Below are positions 1-11,884 of a DNA stretch of 64,000 bases, piece by piece. Under the pieces are notes generated by a model. The model had not been told where the DNA came from. It worked only from the letters and a program-made list of their open reading frames with translations, and searched no databases. Source of the stretch: Octopus sinensis. Its lineage: Eukaryota. The first letter of the stretch is position 1; each line of letters starts with the position of its first letter. Position numbers and translations under genes: made by a program. The DNA lies in the NCBI RefSeq assembly GCF_006345805.1, contig NW_021833026.1, forward strand, positions 124,001 through 188,000, written 5' to 3'.

Positions 1-129
1 TTTTAAATAAGTCGTTTTTTTAACCATAGAATTAGGAAAAGCGTTAAAAAGGAATTCATAAACAATATTTTATAGTCAAACAAATTTAAAAATACAACTT
101 ATCGGAATGAACTGCACGCCTTTCTTTAT

Positions 130-850
130 GCAAAAACCCTACTATCCTCGGACTTACTTTTGATCCAACTATGTCTTTTAACAAGCATGTCTTTAGCATT
201 TCTGACAAGGCAAACAGACATACTAAAAAGCAATAAGTGGTCACATTAAAGGTGCCCAGAAGACTTACAAACAATACATACGTCCTATTAAGTTATGCGA
301 GTCCAAGCGGAACCCCCTCCCTATCTACAAGCTCGACAATGGCAATTCAATCAGTACAAAACAAGGGTGTGCGCACAATATCTGGGTGTCTGAAATCAAC
401 CCAATTGATAACCTCCACTGTGAAACAAACCTTTTGCCAATTGTAGATCATCTAAATATGAGAGGAGCGCAATTTTTATTTGCATCTCGAATTCCCTATC
501 ATCCATGTTCTGCTCTAAATGTGCTAAACGGAAATTCTCGTTCAGTGAAAAACATGTCGGGGAATCTATATTCCCGGATCCTTGCTAAAATTGATGACCT
601 GCACCAATGTCCATATCCAATTCGATATCTACGTCAGCAATTCTTAAGCTGACGCCTAACTCGTGTTCGATAAACCTCCTCCGGTCGTTCACCCTTTTGA
701 ATTGCTTCTCGACCGTTCGGCTCAGACAAACTTGGCTCGTTTCCCTTCTGGTCATCACTCCTCATTAAACCACTATGCACATAAAATGGACTTCTCAATC
801 TCCCGTGTTTGTCCCATTTGCTGTGCTGACAAACACACAACACAAAATTA
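130..850 (+). mobile_element. Degenerate non-LTR retrotransposon 3' fragment (RT thumb and C-terminus, I/Jockey-like)
   Basis: Frameshifted translation gives PTILGLTFDPTMSFNKHV, YKQYIRP-LSYASP, IQSVQNKGVRTISG and a terminal LARFPSGHHSSLNHY...CPICCADKHTT, typical of LINE ORF2 ends. Boundaries approximate. Confidence 0.6.
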
Positions 851-1031
851 AATTATACATACAGCTCAACAGATGCTGTCAATGTAATTAATTAGTTTGA
901 ATCGATTATTAATTTAGTTTGTATTACATGTTTTTTAATATTCTCAGAAAATATTGTTTTATTATTAATTAAAAGTATGTTTTAATAATAGAATAAACGA
1001 ATAATTGAATACACTTATGAATACTAAATCA

Positions 1032-2310
1032 ATGGAAAAGTTGACGAGTCTAATTTTCTAAAATAGAACCTTTGAAACCAACACAGTCAAAATCGAAATT
1101 TTAAAGGAATGCGGGGCCAAGTTCGGGATCACCATCGGCGGGGGACACCCCATGTGCCCTGTAATCTACGTCGTAAACATCTTCGACTCGGGAATCATTG
1201 CCGCCGACGGAAGAATAAATTCGGGGGACGAACTGGTCTCAGTCAACGGAGTCAGCTTCCATCGAATGGCCCGACATGAAGTAGCCCAGTACATAAGATC
1301 CCTCAGTGTATCACTAAGTGAATATTCCAGGGAACGCTTACCCTTGTTCTGAAACTTCTCAGAATTCCGGAGTCTATGGGCATGACCTTCGACACTCGTT
1401 CACCGCACTGTCTCACCAATAGGCCTCAAGAAGGCAAAGCATTGGTTTGTCCACAAATTTGGAAGGACTACTGCCGATATTCTCGGACTGACCAGGGCAG
1501 TCATTCTCAACGGTGCCGAGTTACGTGGAATTCTTTAGATCCCCTCAATGTGCGAATAGACGAGTTGGCAGCAAAGAAACAGTTCTACAAGTCCCTAATC
1601 AGAAAGGCCACCAGTCTTTTAGACGCGTACTCCAGCCTGACTAAGGTGGAGAGAGGTCAGATACTCGCTGACCTTCAGACTTTGGCCGGAAACTCGACGC
1701 CTTCGGAGAGGACGACTCCGTCCATGTCCGGAACGCTTTTGTCCAGTTTAGGAATGCGCACGACAACATTGCAGCCATTTCGGAAAACTGCATTGTGGAC
1801 GCAAGAAAGGTGACCAATTGGCCTATTTTAGATTGTGGATGACTTGAGTGTGTTCGTAGAGGCAGTTGTTCCCGACGTGATCCACTCTATTCGGACATGT
1901 CTGTTAGTCAAATTCGAATACTTGGTGGGTCCATGTGCTATATTCAGGCCTATTCGCTCAAAGTGAAGGAGATTGAGGACCAAATGGATTGTTCTCTGTA
2001 CGACTATTCAGACAATTACTTCGACGGGAATATTGAATATCGAATATTTCTACGATGCAAGCAAATGAGCAGAAAAAAGTACTTTTCCATGAGAGAAGAC
2101 GTCTTGACCAAACTTGACTTGGTCGACGATCGACACGGTCAAACACACGTGGATTATTTCTTAGGGAAGAACATGAACTTGCATTTCCGACGATTGGTAG
2201 CTGTCTTGCACGATTGGCATTCCTCTCTCCACTCAATCGCAGACTCTTCCTTGTCTTCCACCTTCCCTATCCCAATCGATGTCTCTAAATCTTATCTAAC
2301 ATTGAATTGA
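1032..2310 (+). CDS. PICK1: PICK1 (PDZ + AH/BAR domain protein), multi-exon
   Basis: Spliced translation FGITIGGGHPMCPVIYVVNIFDSG...DGRINSGDELVSVNG (PDZ), then GMTFDTRLKKAKHWFVHKFGRTTADILGLTRAVILND, matching PICK1 SLDIVLKKVKHRLV...TADALGLSRAILCND; also GNIEYRIFLRCKQ. Introns include 1040-1066, 1308-1330, 1398-1422, 1513-1538 and 2138-2164. Stop at 2310 is tentative. Confidence 0.9.
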
Positions 2311-3684
2311 CTTCTTTGTTGGTTAAACCGACTATTCCCTTATTAAAATCACGTGATTCATTTGAGGGGAGTGATTGTACTTGTTAATCGGTACTTGTAT
2401 CAAAATGCTATCGAGACACTTAAAGAAAGGGAATGTCCTTCATATAATGTGGGTGCCCATATTGAGAACAGGCATTCTTCGAATAACCCTAATTTATCAC
2501 GTAGCCAAAGTAGGCTGCTTAGTCCTCATAGTGTCCGAAGAGGTAATTAATGTGTCTTGGTACCTTTTATTCTCGATGTGGAGTTAATATTAGAAAGAAG
2601 TGATAAGATGTCTCTCCAAATAATACTATCTAGAAATTTTTGTTTTAATTTAAAAATTTTTACGAATGAATGAGGTTACAAAATGAGGAAGAATAAAACG
2701 TCGGAGAAGAGGATTGGTTGGCTGTTCCCGTGGAGAATGCCAATTGGAATTCTCAGCCAGAGACACGATAATTCCTAAGGTCTACTTTTGCGTGAAACGA
2801 TCCTTCTCCCGTTATCGTCGTGAGGATTCCGGCAAACTCTTAGGTTTCAAATGCAACATGACCAAAGAGGTAGTGGGCCGTGGGAGTTTAGTATTTATTA
2901 GTTTTCAGACACTTAGACCTGTTTGCTTCGTGTTCTGGGTATGCGACCGACAAAACTATATTTGACTTTCAGAACGTGTCTATACGGGTGGCGTCTCACA
3001 CCAATGATTAGCTTTGGCCGATGGGAAGACTGTCATTCTGTCGGTCTCTTGCCGTCGCTAAAAAAATGTTATTTTAATTACCAAATAATAAACTTCAAGG
3101 TTAGGAGTGTTGTGAATTTGTCCAAAAATTATGTTTGACATTATTTCATGAATAAAGTTTTTTGTCTAAATATGTACCCGAATGCTGACTAACTTGCAAA
3201 AATAGACACCGCAGTTATATTCTTCTAGAGGACGATGAAATGGGTCAAGAATTGTGTTAAAATTCGTAAAATTGGGTTATTTTTTATATTTTGACTAGTT
3301 TCATGAGTTTATACTAAGGCTTAGGAATAGAAATCAATTTATCAAAAACGACTTCGATTACAAAACATAGACAAATCATATGATCAAGATTAAAAAACTG
3401 ACGTCACTAAAAAATGCTTTGAACGTTGCCAGAAGGACAAGGTCAATGTCTCGGAACCTGGAACTGACAAAACCAAAAAATCTCAATAGTCTGCGGTCAA
3501 CCTTAATCCTCTCAAGGACAGACGTCAAAATATTCTTTAGTCCTAGTATTTTACAAAAAGTGACTACTTAGTATAGATTAACTGAGTGAAACTATATTCA
3601 TCGAATTATCTGAACTTGACACCGTGGCGTTGTAATTGCATTACATAAACGGAAATGAATTTTTTTAATCATTCCCGGCATTCC

Positions 3685-4805
3685 ATGGGTTGGCCGTATT
3701 GCTGATTGTTAGTAGGCAAGCGAGTGTTTCCTCCCTGTCCCATTTGCTCAGACGCGTCCTCGGGATACCACTACGGGATATTGACCTGCGAAAGTTGCAA
3801 AGGCTTGACAACATTGATTTATGTCGATGTAGGATTCTTCAAACGGGCAGTGCAGAAAAAGAAGTCTTATTCGTGTGAAAGTCGAACTTGCATCATCACA
3901 GTCGAGTCCAGACGCAAATGTGCTGCATGTCGACTATCCAAGTGTCTCGCTTGTGGAATGGAGAGGAACCGTGTTTGCTAATAATTATATTGCAGTTGTA
4001 AGGGAAAATAGACGCAGGGGAGGACGCAACAACTTTAACTACAAAACCCTCAAACTCCAAGACACACTTGCAAAATTGCACAAAACTGAGAATTGTGTCT
4101 CCAACGTAGAGCGGAGTGTTTCACCTACTTCCCTCTACACACAAACCTCTAGTCAACCTTATTTGAATATCTTGGACTACAAATACGGTAAACTTGATGA
4201 GATATTTGCAGACTTTAACATATTCCACGACAATTTTTTTCAGGAACTCCTTTTGGACAACGAGGGCAAGCTCGCCATCCCTCAAGTAGTCGAGTACGCC
4301 GTGAACAGAGAGTACGAGTTTCTGCTCAAATCGTTTCAACTCGATCTTCTGCAATTCTATATGACTCCCCTGAGGTGTCTTGAATTAGTGATACTCGACT
4401 TTGTCTACCAGCATTTGGTTTTGGGTGAAAAGTCTGTCCTCTGTGTAAGTAAATAGTTGCAATATTTCTAGTCGTTGAGAGAATACTTTGGAATATACAA
4501 TTTGGAAAAATTTGGAAACATCCGACAAAGCAGTTCGTATGTCCTCGAGTCACTCATAAACCTGCACCTCAGTGGATTCTCCTTCCAGAAAATCAAACGA
4601 ACGATGGCGAACATCGACATTAGTGGTACTCTCAGTCTGCCTAAGTTTTGTAGACCAGTCGGACCTTGAAGCCGGGCGTACTCAAATGATGTGGTTGGTG
4701 TGCTTGAGAACCAACCTTTACATGTGTGCGAAATATGTCGGGGATTACCTGCAAGTGCAGTGCAGTATTCCCAACAATCACGCTTATTACCAGTCATTAT
4801 TTTAG
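3685..4805 (+). CDS. NR5A: Nuclear receptor of the NR5A (FTZ-F1/SF-1/LRH-1) family
   Basis: [23 protein letters not shown]|[14 protein letters not shown]...[14 protein letters not shown], followed by an FTZ-F1 box ([14 protein letters not shown]). The ESCKG P-box and FTZ-F1 box are NR5A diagnostics. Introns 3689-3712, 3803-3832 (GC-AG) and 3971-3995. The 3' end is 4669 or 4805 depending on one further intron. Confidence 0.85.
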
Positions 4806-5155
4806 TATCAGTTTTCAGTTATATGTTTTATGGTTTTTGTTAGAATTGATTTGAATATTTCGGAATAAAAGTTATTTTTAATCAAAAATTATAATTTTAT
4901 ATTAAATAAAATCCTGACATGACCGACAAAAAATAGCCAGTAGGATAAACGACTTTCATTTTTGGGTGAAAGTCTATATTTTGGCATTTCTGAAATTTTT
5001 TGAATTGCAAATTCTCTTCTATGATTATTACTACTTTGAGTTCAATAATAATAATACTTTGAGTTCAAAATTCTATAAATATGATTAATATACAATTTTT
5101 ATTTATACTTTTAAATATTTAAATAAATTATAGATCCCTTTCACGTGCATTGTGG

Positions 5156-6881
5156 ATGGGGAAGCATAGGCATTCTGTGACCCGTGATCATTACATAGAC
5201 GACGACTACAGCGACGATGACTGTACCAATCACAATATCACATGCAGACTACTACGAGGAATATATTGCTAACAAAACAAAGCAAATACAGCCAGAACCA
5301 CGACCAACTCCCAAGAAAACAGAAGAGAAAAAACCCAAGAGTAGGACTCCAGCAATGTAGACCTCATTAAATATATCCAAGTCAAAAAATAATTCACAAG
5401 ACCCCCTATAAAGAACAGTGTGGAGAACGAAAGAGAAAGTCCCTAAACATTTCTGTGGTCGGACATGTGGACGCCGGGAAGAGTACTCTGGTCGGGCATT
5501 TACTCCACCAACTCAAAGTCCTGTCTGACCAAAAAGTCCGAAAAACACAACGTGAGGCCACCCAAATGGGACGGTCCTCGTTTTCCTTTGCATTCTGTCT
5601 GGACGAAATGAAGGAGGAGAGAGAGCGGGGAATCACCATGGACGTGGGGGTGGTGGACTTTACCACCCAGCACTATGCCGTGAATGCCTTCGACACTCCG
5701 GGACACGTCGACTTTATCCTCAAGATGATTGAAGGTTTGTTGTCTATCTTATCCAGCCACGAGTCTGGCCGACGTGGTTGTGCTTATTGCTAGTGCTGCC
5801 ACGGGGGAGTTCGAGACTGGCTTCGACGGAGGAGGACAGACTCGGGAACACGTCACCATTGCTCGCTCACTGGGTAGTCGAATTCTACATATGTAGACGT
5901 CAGAAGAGTGATTGTGGTGGTTAATAAGATGGACCGTGTGGACTGGGCAGAGGGCAGGTTCAGGGAGATCGAGGATCGAGTGGGGGGACATTTAAAGACC
6001 ATTGGCTATGACTACAATACATTCATGTTTGTTCCCTGCAGTGGGTATCTTGGTCACAATTTGTTTGATGTCCTCAGCATCCCCCCTCAAGGGTGCTGGT
6101 ACAAGGGAATGAGTCTGTTGGAGTCTATTGGTATTGCTGGTTATACATTTTAGATTCCGTGGTCATTGATCGACAGTTTAAAGACGAGCCCTGTCGATGT
6201 GTGGTCATCAACGTGGGGAAGACGCCTATCAGGAGTGATTTGGTGGTGTATGGGGTCGTCCGATCAGGTATACTCCACGTTGGGGACAGTTTGGTTGTCT
6301 ATCCTTCCAAAGTGACAATCATCTTGAAATGTTTCATGTCTTATTTAATGCTAAGCTTTGTCGATCATTGGTCAGCCTGATTGCAAGGCTGGTGTGCGAG
6401 GGGATTCATTTGAACTCAGTTTTGTGTTGCCTGAGATGGAGGAAGTTCCCCAGGAGTATATTTCCGTGGGCAGTGTCCTCACTTCTTTGGGAGACTGTTC
6501 TCCACTTGTGTCTGTGTTTAAAGCTCGTCTCCACACTTTTCGTGTTGATTTTCCAATCACTCCCGGCTTTATTGTTGGTTTGGACAGTCATGTTTGTAGT
6601 GCGAGATGTGCTGCAATGGTTCTGCTGGGAGTGTCGTCCTGACTAGAATTGTGAGTGTCCTCAAGAATAGGAGTAGGAAACAGATGGTGGACAAGTTGAG
6701 GTCGGCGGACAAATTCATTTGTAGATTTCTCAGCTCAAATTGTTCTGCTCTCGTGGAATTGGAGTGCTCCGCCCCCACTTTTATGGTGTCGTATGAGGAG
6801 TGTGCTGACATGGGCAAATTCATTCTGTTGCACGACGGAAGGACGATTGGCGTGGGAATCGTCATTGGGATCGGTGATTAA
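5156..6881 (+). CDS. HBS1L: HBS1-like translational GTPase
   Basis: N-terminus MGKHRH...DDDYSDDD; G motifs [33 protein letters not shown] and NKMD; EF1A-like domain III ending [15 protein letters not shown]. Multiple micro-introns. Confidence 0.9.
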
Positions 6882-6912
6882 ATATAATTTGATTATATTG
6901 AAGAATGAGTGA

Positions 6913-7430
6913 TTAGTGTAATTTAAGTTCCAGGTCATTGAGTAGGTCGTATGCCAGTCGAATGACCCCCCTTAGGCGGGCAATGTCCTGACGCACGTGG
7001 TCTTTGCTTGGTTGTTCGACGGTGACTTCCTCGATTTCACTCAACGTCTTAGAGTGAGTGTTTTCGTCAATGTCGCATTCTGGATTATAAACCTCGTCAT
7101 CTTGGGACTCCTCCACTGTAGGGATCATGGCTCTGCGCTGTGATCAACGAGGTATTTAACGTTGCCTCGTTGTTCTCGAACGAACTGCCCCTGTCTTAAA
7201 GAGTGTGCGAATATATATACTTTTTTGCTTTGAGTACTTGAATTTTTTTTTGGTCTACGCATTGTTTGAAATTATACTTTCTTGGTTGTCTCCTTGTCAC
7301 TGCTGTTTTTGGGAATCGTCTTCTGCGCCAGATTAAGGTCACTGTCTACTTAGCACTCCCATTACATAAATTTTCTTAGGTCTTCGTCGTCGTTAGTCAA
7401 AGATAATTCTAATTAGGTTATATAAACTTA
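6913..7430 (-). CDS. Hypothetical protein, multi-exon, convergent with HBS1L
   Basis: Acidic terminal ORF (MIPTVEESQDDEVYNPE...LKLH*) joined by plausible GT-AG micro-introns to upstream Lys-rich exons. No family recognised; 5' end uncertain. Confidence 0.45.
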
Positions 7431-7694
7431 CTCTTCCTCACATCTACGTTTCCAATCAAATGCTTCAAATGTTTGGTAAACCTGCCAATATTTACAGGAA
7501 TACAACTTTGATGGTTCGCCTGAAGACTGTCCGGATGATGGATTCATTTACCGGCTACGTTTTTGTTCTATTTAAGCAATTCGAGATAATCCTTCACGTC
7601 ACAGTCCTATCAAATATCACTCCTGACCAATTAAATACGATCATCCTTTTTTTAAATAATCTGTGCTGTAGTTTCCAAGTCGAGGATATGCTCA

Positions 7695-7945
7695 AAAGTT
7701 GTTGATGAAATTGAGATGGAAGACATGCTCCGGTCGGGGAATTCCCAAATCTTCACTCAGAACGTGAGGATACTGCCTCAGTACTAGATTGTGATCGACC
7801 AGCACAAGAAACTGCTAAATGACGTCGAGGCCCGCCACAAAGACATTTTCAAACTGGAAAGGAGCATTAATGAAGTCACCGAGATGAACTGCGCCATTGT
7901 CCGTTTGGTGAGTATTAGGTTGACTAATCGGTAAACTCTTCGTAG
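7695..7945 (+). pseudogene. Partial inverted duplicate of the syntaxin-1 gene (H3/SNARE exons)
   Basis: About 251 bp aligns, introns included, to the reverse complement of 28928-29179 ([19 protein letters not shown]|[33 protein letters not shown]). It has a 1-nt deletion near the end and lacks the N-terminal and transmembrane exons. Confidence 0.8.
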
Positions 7946-8316
7946 TTTATTTAATAGATCCACTTTAATATATCCCCTTTATTGAAATGTTCACAGTCGA
8001 ATCGGATTTCCACAAATTCGTTAATGGTGACAGATTGGACTAAGTGAGTTTTTAATTTTTTGACTTTTTGATTCCATATTGGCGACATAGATCCAAGCTT
8101 GTGACCACTTTGTGACTCATGACTTTAAAATGATTCAAATATGACCTTAAAAATATGACTTTTTTGACCTTATAATTAGAAAATATGACTTTATGGCCAG
8201 ATAAATTCAGCAATCTTTTGATCCTTTTTTGCAGGCGGGAACCAAAAATCGGGACTAAAATTTAAAAATAACCAGATTTTTAGTAACAAGTGTTATGATT
8301 CATAACACTGAATATA

Positions 8317-9771
8317 CAGTGCTGGTAGAAAAAAACCGGTTTTGCAGTTACTAACTTTTTTTGGCAGATAGCATTTATTTTTTTTAACTGAATTGAACTC
8401 TTTGTAGTTGATTAGATTTATATTTTTTTTATTTATAAAAAATTTCATTAATCGTTTACAATTCGGATGATTTAAATTTTAGCGTGTGAATAAAAAACCG
8501 GTTTTCATTATTGAGTGATATTTTAGTAGTTGAATTTTTAGTTTTATAAGCAAATGTTAAATAAAATAATTAAAGGGAAGATTCTTGCTCTTTATGAGTT
8601 AAATTGGACGATAAAAGATATCGCAGATCATCTAAATACTCCAAAATCGACAATCGGAGATTTTCTTCGAAAATTCAAAAAATATGGAACTATTGATATG
8701 ATTCCTGGTTCTGGACGTCCTAAAAAGCTTCAAAAACAGACGTTGAAATTTTATTGCATCGTGTTGAGTGCGATCCAAAAATATCTTCTAACACGTTGAG
8801 GAATGAAATAAACCATTTAACTGGTAAGAGTGTCTGTAGAAAGACAATTGGAAATTACTTAAATTCCATTTTCTCTTCGGAAGAGTATGTCAACGCAAAC
8901 CGTTGCTTTCGAAGAAAACATAATAAAAAGATATGAATTGTCAAAATTTTTATTCGGATGAACAATGACGCATGGAAAACTATTATTTTCTCTGATGAAG
9001 CATCTTTTCAGATTTTTCCTACTAAAAAAAGGCAATACAGTTATCGAAAAAAAAGTTCACGTTATGAATTGAGCCATACTACGCCGACAGTAAAATTTGG
9101 TGGAGGCAGTGTTATGGTTTGGGGCTGTATCTCCTATCAAGGAGTGGGCAATTTAGTTTTTGTTAATGGAACCCTCAATTCCGCTAAATATATAAATGTT
9201 TTAACGAATAATTTGTTCGTTTCGGCGCGAAAAATGGAACTAAATCGGTTCACTTTCCAACAAGATTTGGCTCCCTGCCATCAATCTGCATTGACAACCA
9301 AGTTTTTTGAAGAAAATAAAATTCCAATTCTTGATTGGGCTCCGCAATCTCCAGACATGAACCCAATGGAACATGTTTGGAGCATGATGAAGCAGAAGTA
9401 TTCTTTAGATCCTGCAAAAAATAAACTGGATCTGGAAGTCAAATTAACAAAAATTTGGAACGAATTGCCGTCTGAAAGTATTCAGAAGTTAATTGATAGC
9501 ATGCCTAAAAGGTCATACGAGCTATTTATTAATCGAGGATACCACACAACATATTAACTGTTGATTTTGTTAACTCTTTTTGTTAAAACCGGTTTTTTAT
9601 TCACATGCAAAAATTTAATTTTTAAAATTTCGGCCGATTATTGAAATTTTTTAAAAGTAAAAAAAATTATATATATAATCAACTTCAAACTCTTTATTTC
9701 ATTAGAAAATTAATAGCTATCCGCCAAAAAAAGTTAGTAACTGCAAAACCGGTTTTTTTCTACCAGCACTG
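8317..9771 (+). mobile_element. Tc1/mariner DNA transposon (DD34E), frameshifted transposase, IR-DR type ends
   Basis: TIRs CAGTGCTGGTAGAAAAAAACCGGTTTTGCAG at both ends with TA flanks (8315-8316, 9772-9773). Transposase 8554-9557 has a paired-like HTH, SDEASF, QQDLAPCH and SPDMNPMEH, split over three frames. Confidence 0.95.
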
Positions 9772-9773
9772 TA

Positions 9774-10700
9774 GATCGCAACAGCTGATTTATTTTTCTT
9801 TGGGAAGTGAATTATTAAATTCTATCAAATTTTCAATCTTTTGCACTGAGGTAAATTTGACATCTGATTGAAAGTCTATCAATTCTAATTGGAGTGATGG
9901 AGAAGCATTCTTAGGATCTATATTGAATGGCGCTGCAAAAATTTTCATTGATGGCAAAATTTCATCAGAATTCTTAAAATTAACTTAATTTTAATAAACC
10001 TTAGAACGTTTTTCAAATTCAACAATAAGGTGACTGATAATGGTAATATATTTTCAAATGAACTGTTGGCTTTATTTTCGCTCAAAAAAGTAAAATGAAT
10101 CGTATCTTTGAGCATTATTTGATCTCTACAAAGTTTTAATTTTCATGCAAAAGAAGCAATAAATCCATAGAGTTGATGGCAAAATTTATACTTCCCACGT
10201 GATCCACAATTTAATAAGGATAAATAAAAGATTAGATTTACCCAAATAGCTAAATCGGCAATCCACCAACAAATCATGGTATTTGTGGTTTTTAACAAAT
10301 TCTCTTATTTGAGTGAGTAGTACCTTTTAAGGCACGCGGAACAACTCAATAATCAAACTGTGATGATAAACCACATCACTATGGACTGTGTCAATTTCCA
10401 CTGATATTTTTTCTTGTGTTTAGAGATTTACCACGTATCCAATTCACAATGGACAATACCGTACTTATTACATTTTGCATTTTAAGTTTTTCAAGTCTCC
10501 ATTTGGAAAAAAAGTCTATGAAACCCTTTATTATGACCAATCATATTTGTCTTCCCATCAGTACAAATAGAAATTAATTTGGAAAGATAAATGTCAAATT
10601 CTTTAATACTTTAAAAGAATTCTTTAAGTACATCAATTCCTTTTGTAGAGCCTTTTAATGAACGAAGAGAAAAAAATTCTTCAAAAATTTTAAAATCCAG
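9774..10700 (-). mobile_element. Degenerate hAT (Buster/GTF2IRD2-like) transposase fragment, abutting the Tc1 element
   Basis: Minus-strand peptides VISTVLSIVNWIRGKSLN and IFAAPFNIDPKNASPSLQLELIDFQSD...LPKEK, with many stops. Confidence 0.65.
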
Positions 10701-10754
10701 AGTGACACCCGTAATACATATACCATTTGTGTTTACTCATTTCGGTTTTGCTCA

Positions 10755-10810
10755 CCCCTATCCCTAACTCAAATCCTAACCAAATCTTAAACAACTAACC
10801 CTAACCCTAT
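10755..10810. repeat. Short degenerate interstitial telomere-like (CCCTAA)n tract
   Basis: cccctatccctaactcaaatcctaaccaaatcttaaacaactaaccctaaccctat. Confidence 0.5.
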
Positions 10811-11745
10811 GCGGGCTTCCAAATCTTAAAAAAATTTAGATAAAAAATTTTAAACAAAATCGTTAGTCAATTTGTGTAATTCTTGATACATGTACGTTAG
10901 TTTTTTCACCATTCTCATCTTCGATCAAGTAAATGTCATTTTGTTGATCTACCACAACATATTGGTAGGTTGATAAACCATCGTATAATGGGACCTTCGA
11001 ATATTGAAAAATTATTAAAATTTGAATATAAAATTAAAATTTGAAAAAATTTCTTATTCTAACGTGAAATTGCTAAAAAGTACAACAATAGTAAACGTTG
11101 GGTAAATTATTTATTTATTTTAGGTGCCATTTTTGGCTTAAAAAGCGTCTCACTCGTTTTAATCAAAGTCAGTATACGTGGGTGGAAGATTCTTAAAGAA
11201 AAAACTGCAATAAATTGTTGGGCCAAAATAAATTAAGAAATGATTTGGTGCATTTTGAAAGTAGACTGTTATTTCTTACAGTAAAACTTCTCTTACAGTA
11301 AAACTTCTGACGGATGAGAATTTGGCGGATGTTATTTCTTACAGTAAAACTTCTCAAATCCGCCACATTTTTGAAATTTTCCTAATTATTTTTTAATTCC
11401 AAAACACGTTTACATGAGACATTATTATTATTTGTGTTGTTGGTCCTATTAATAATGTACAAGATTGAAAATCCGAAAAATTTGGAATTATAAAATTTAT
11501 TGATAAAAATCCACGGATTTCGTTTACAAGAGTGTCCCCTATCTTTCCCGAAATATTCTAACGTGTTATCTCTAGACGATCCTTAAACGACTTTAGGAGC
11601 AAAAGGAATGTATCCGAATTGCTATTTCAGAATTTCAGAATTATCTCGACATTTCGAAGAGAATCCCGCATATATGATTCGAATAAACTCCAGTTCATGT
11701 TCACGAGGTTGTAACCAATGAACAAGTCCTCCGTAACATTCATAG

Positions 11746-11884
11746 TCATCTTTATCAACATCGTTTGCGGATAAAAAGTATACATGTGCAAAAAGTGGAG
11801 CGTGTGTCGTTGGCAGAATTACAAGGAAAAGATGCAAGTATTGTCGGTACACAAAATGTCTTCAATTTGGAATGTCGAGAGACG
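11746..11884 (+). pseudogene. Isolated nuclear-receptor second zinc-finger exon (gene status unknown)
   Basis: The AG...GT bounded exon translates [37 protein letters not shown], a C4 finger 2 ending with a phase-1 donor just after the GM motif. No first finger was found upstream. Confidence 0.7.

Noticed and set aside
2350-3140. Possible small genes between PICK1 and NR5A
   Set aside because: Intron-like segments are present, but I could not build a consistent frame or recognise a product.
7455-7630. Ly6/three-finger-like start (IKCFKCLEY...)
   Set aside because: There is no signal peptide and too few cysteines, and the model depends on doubtful introns.
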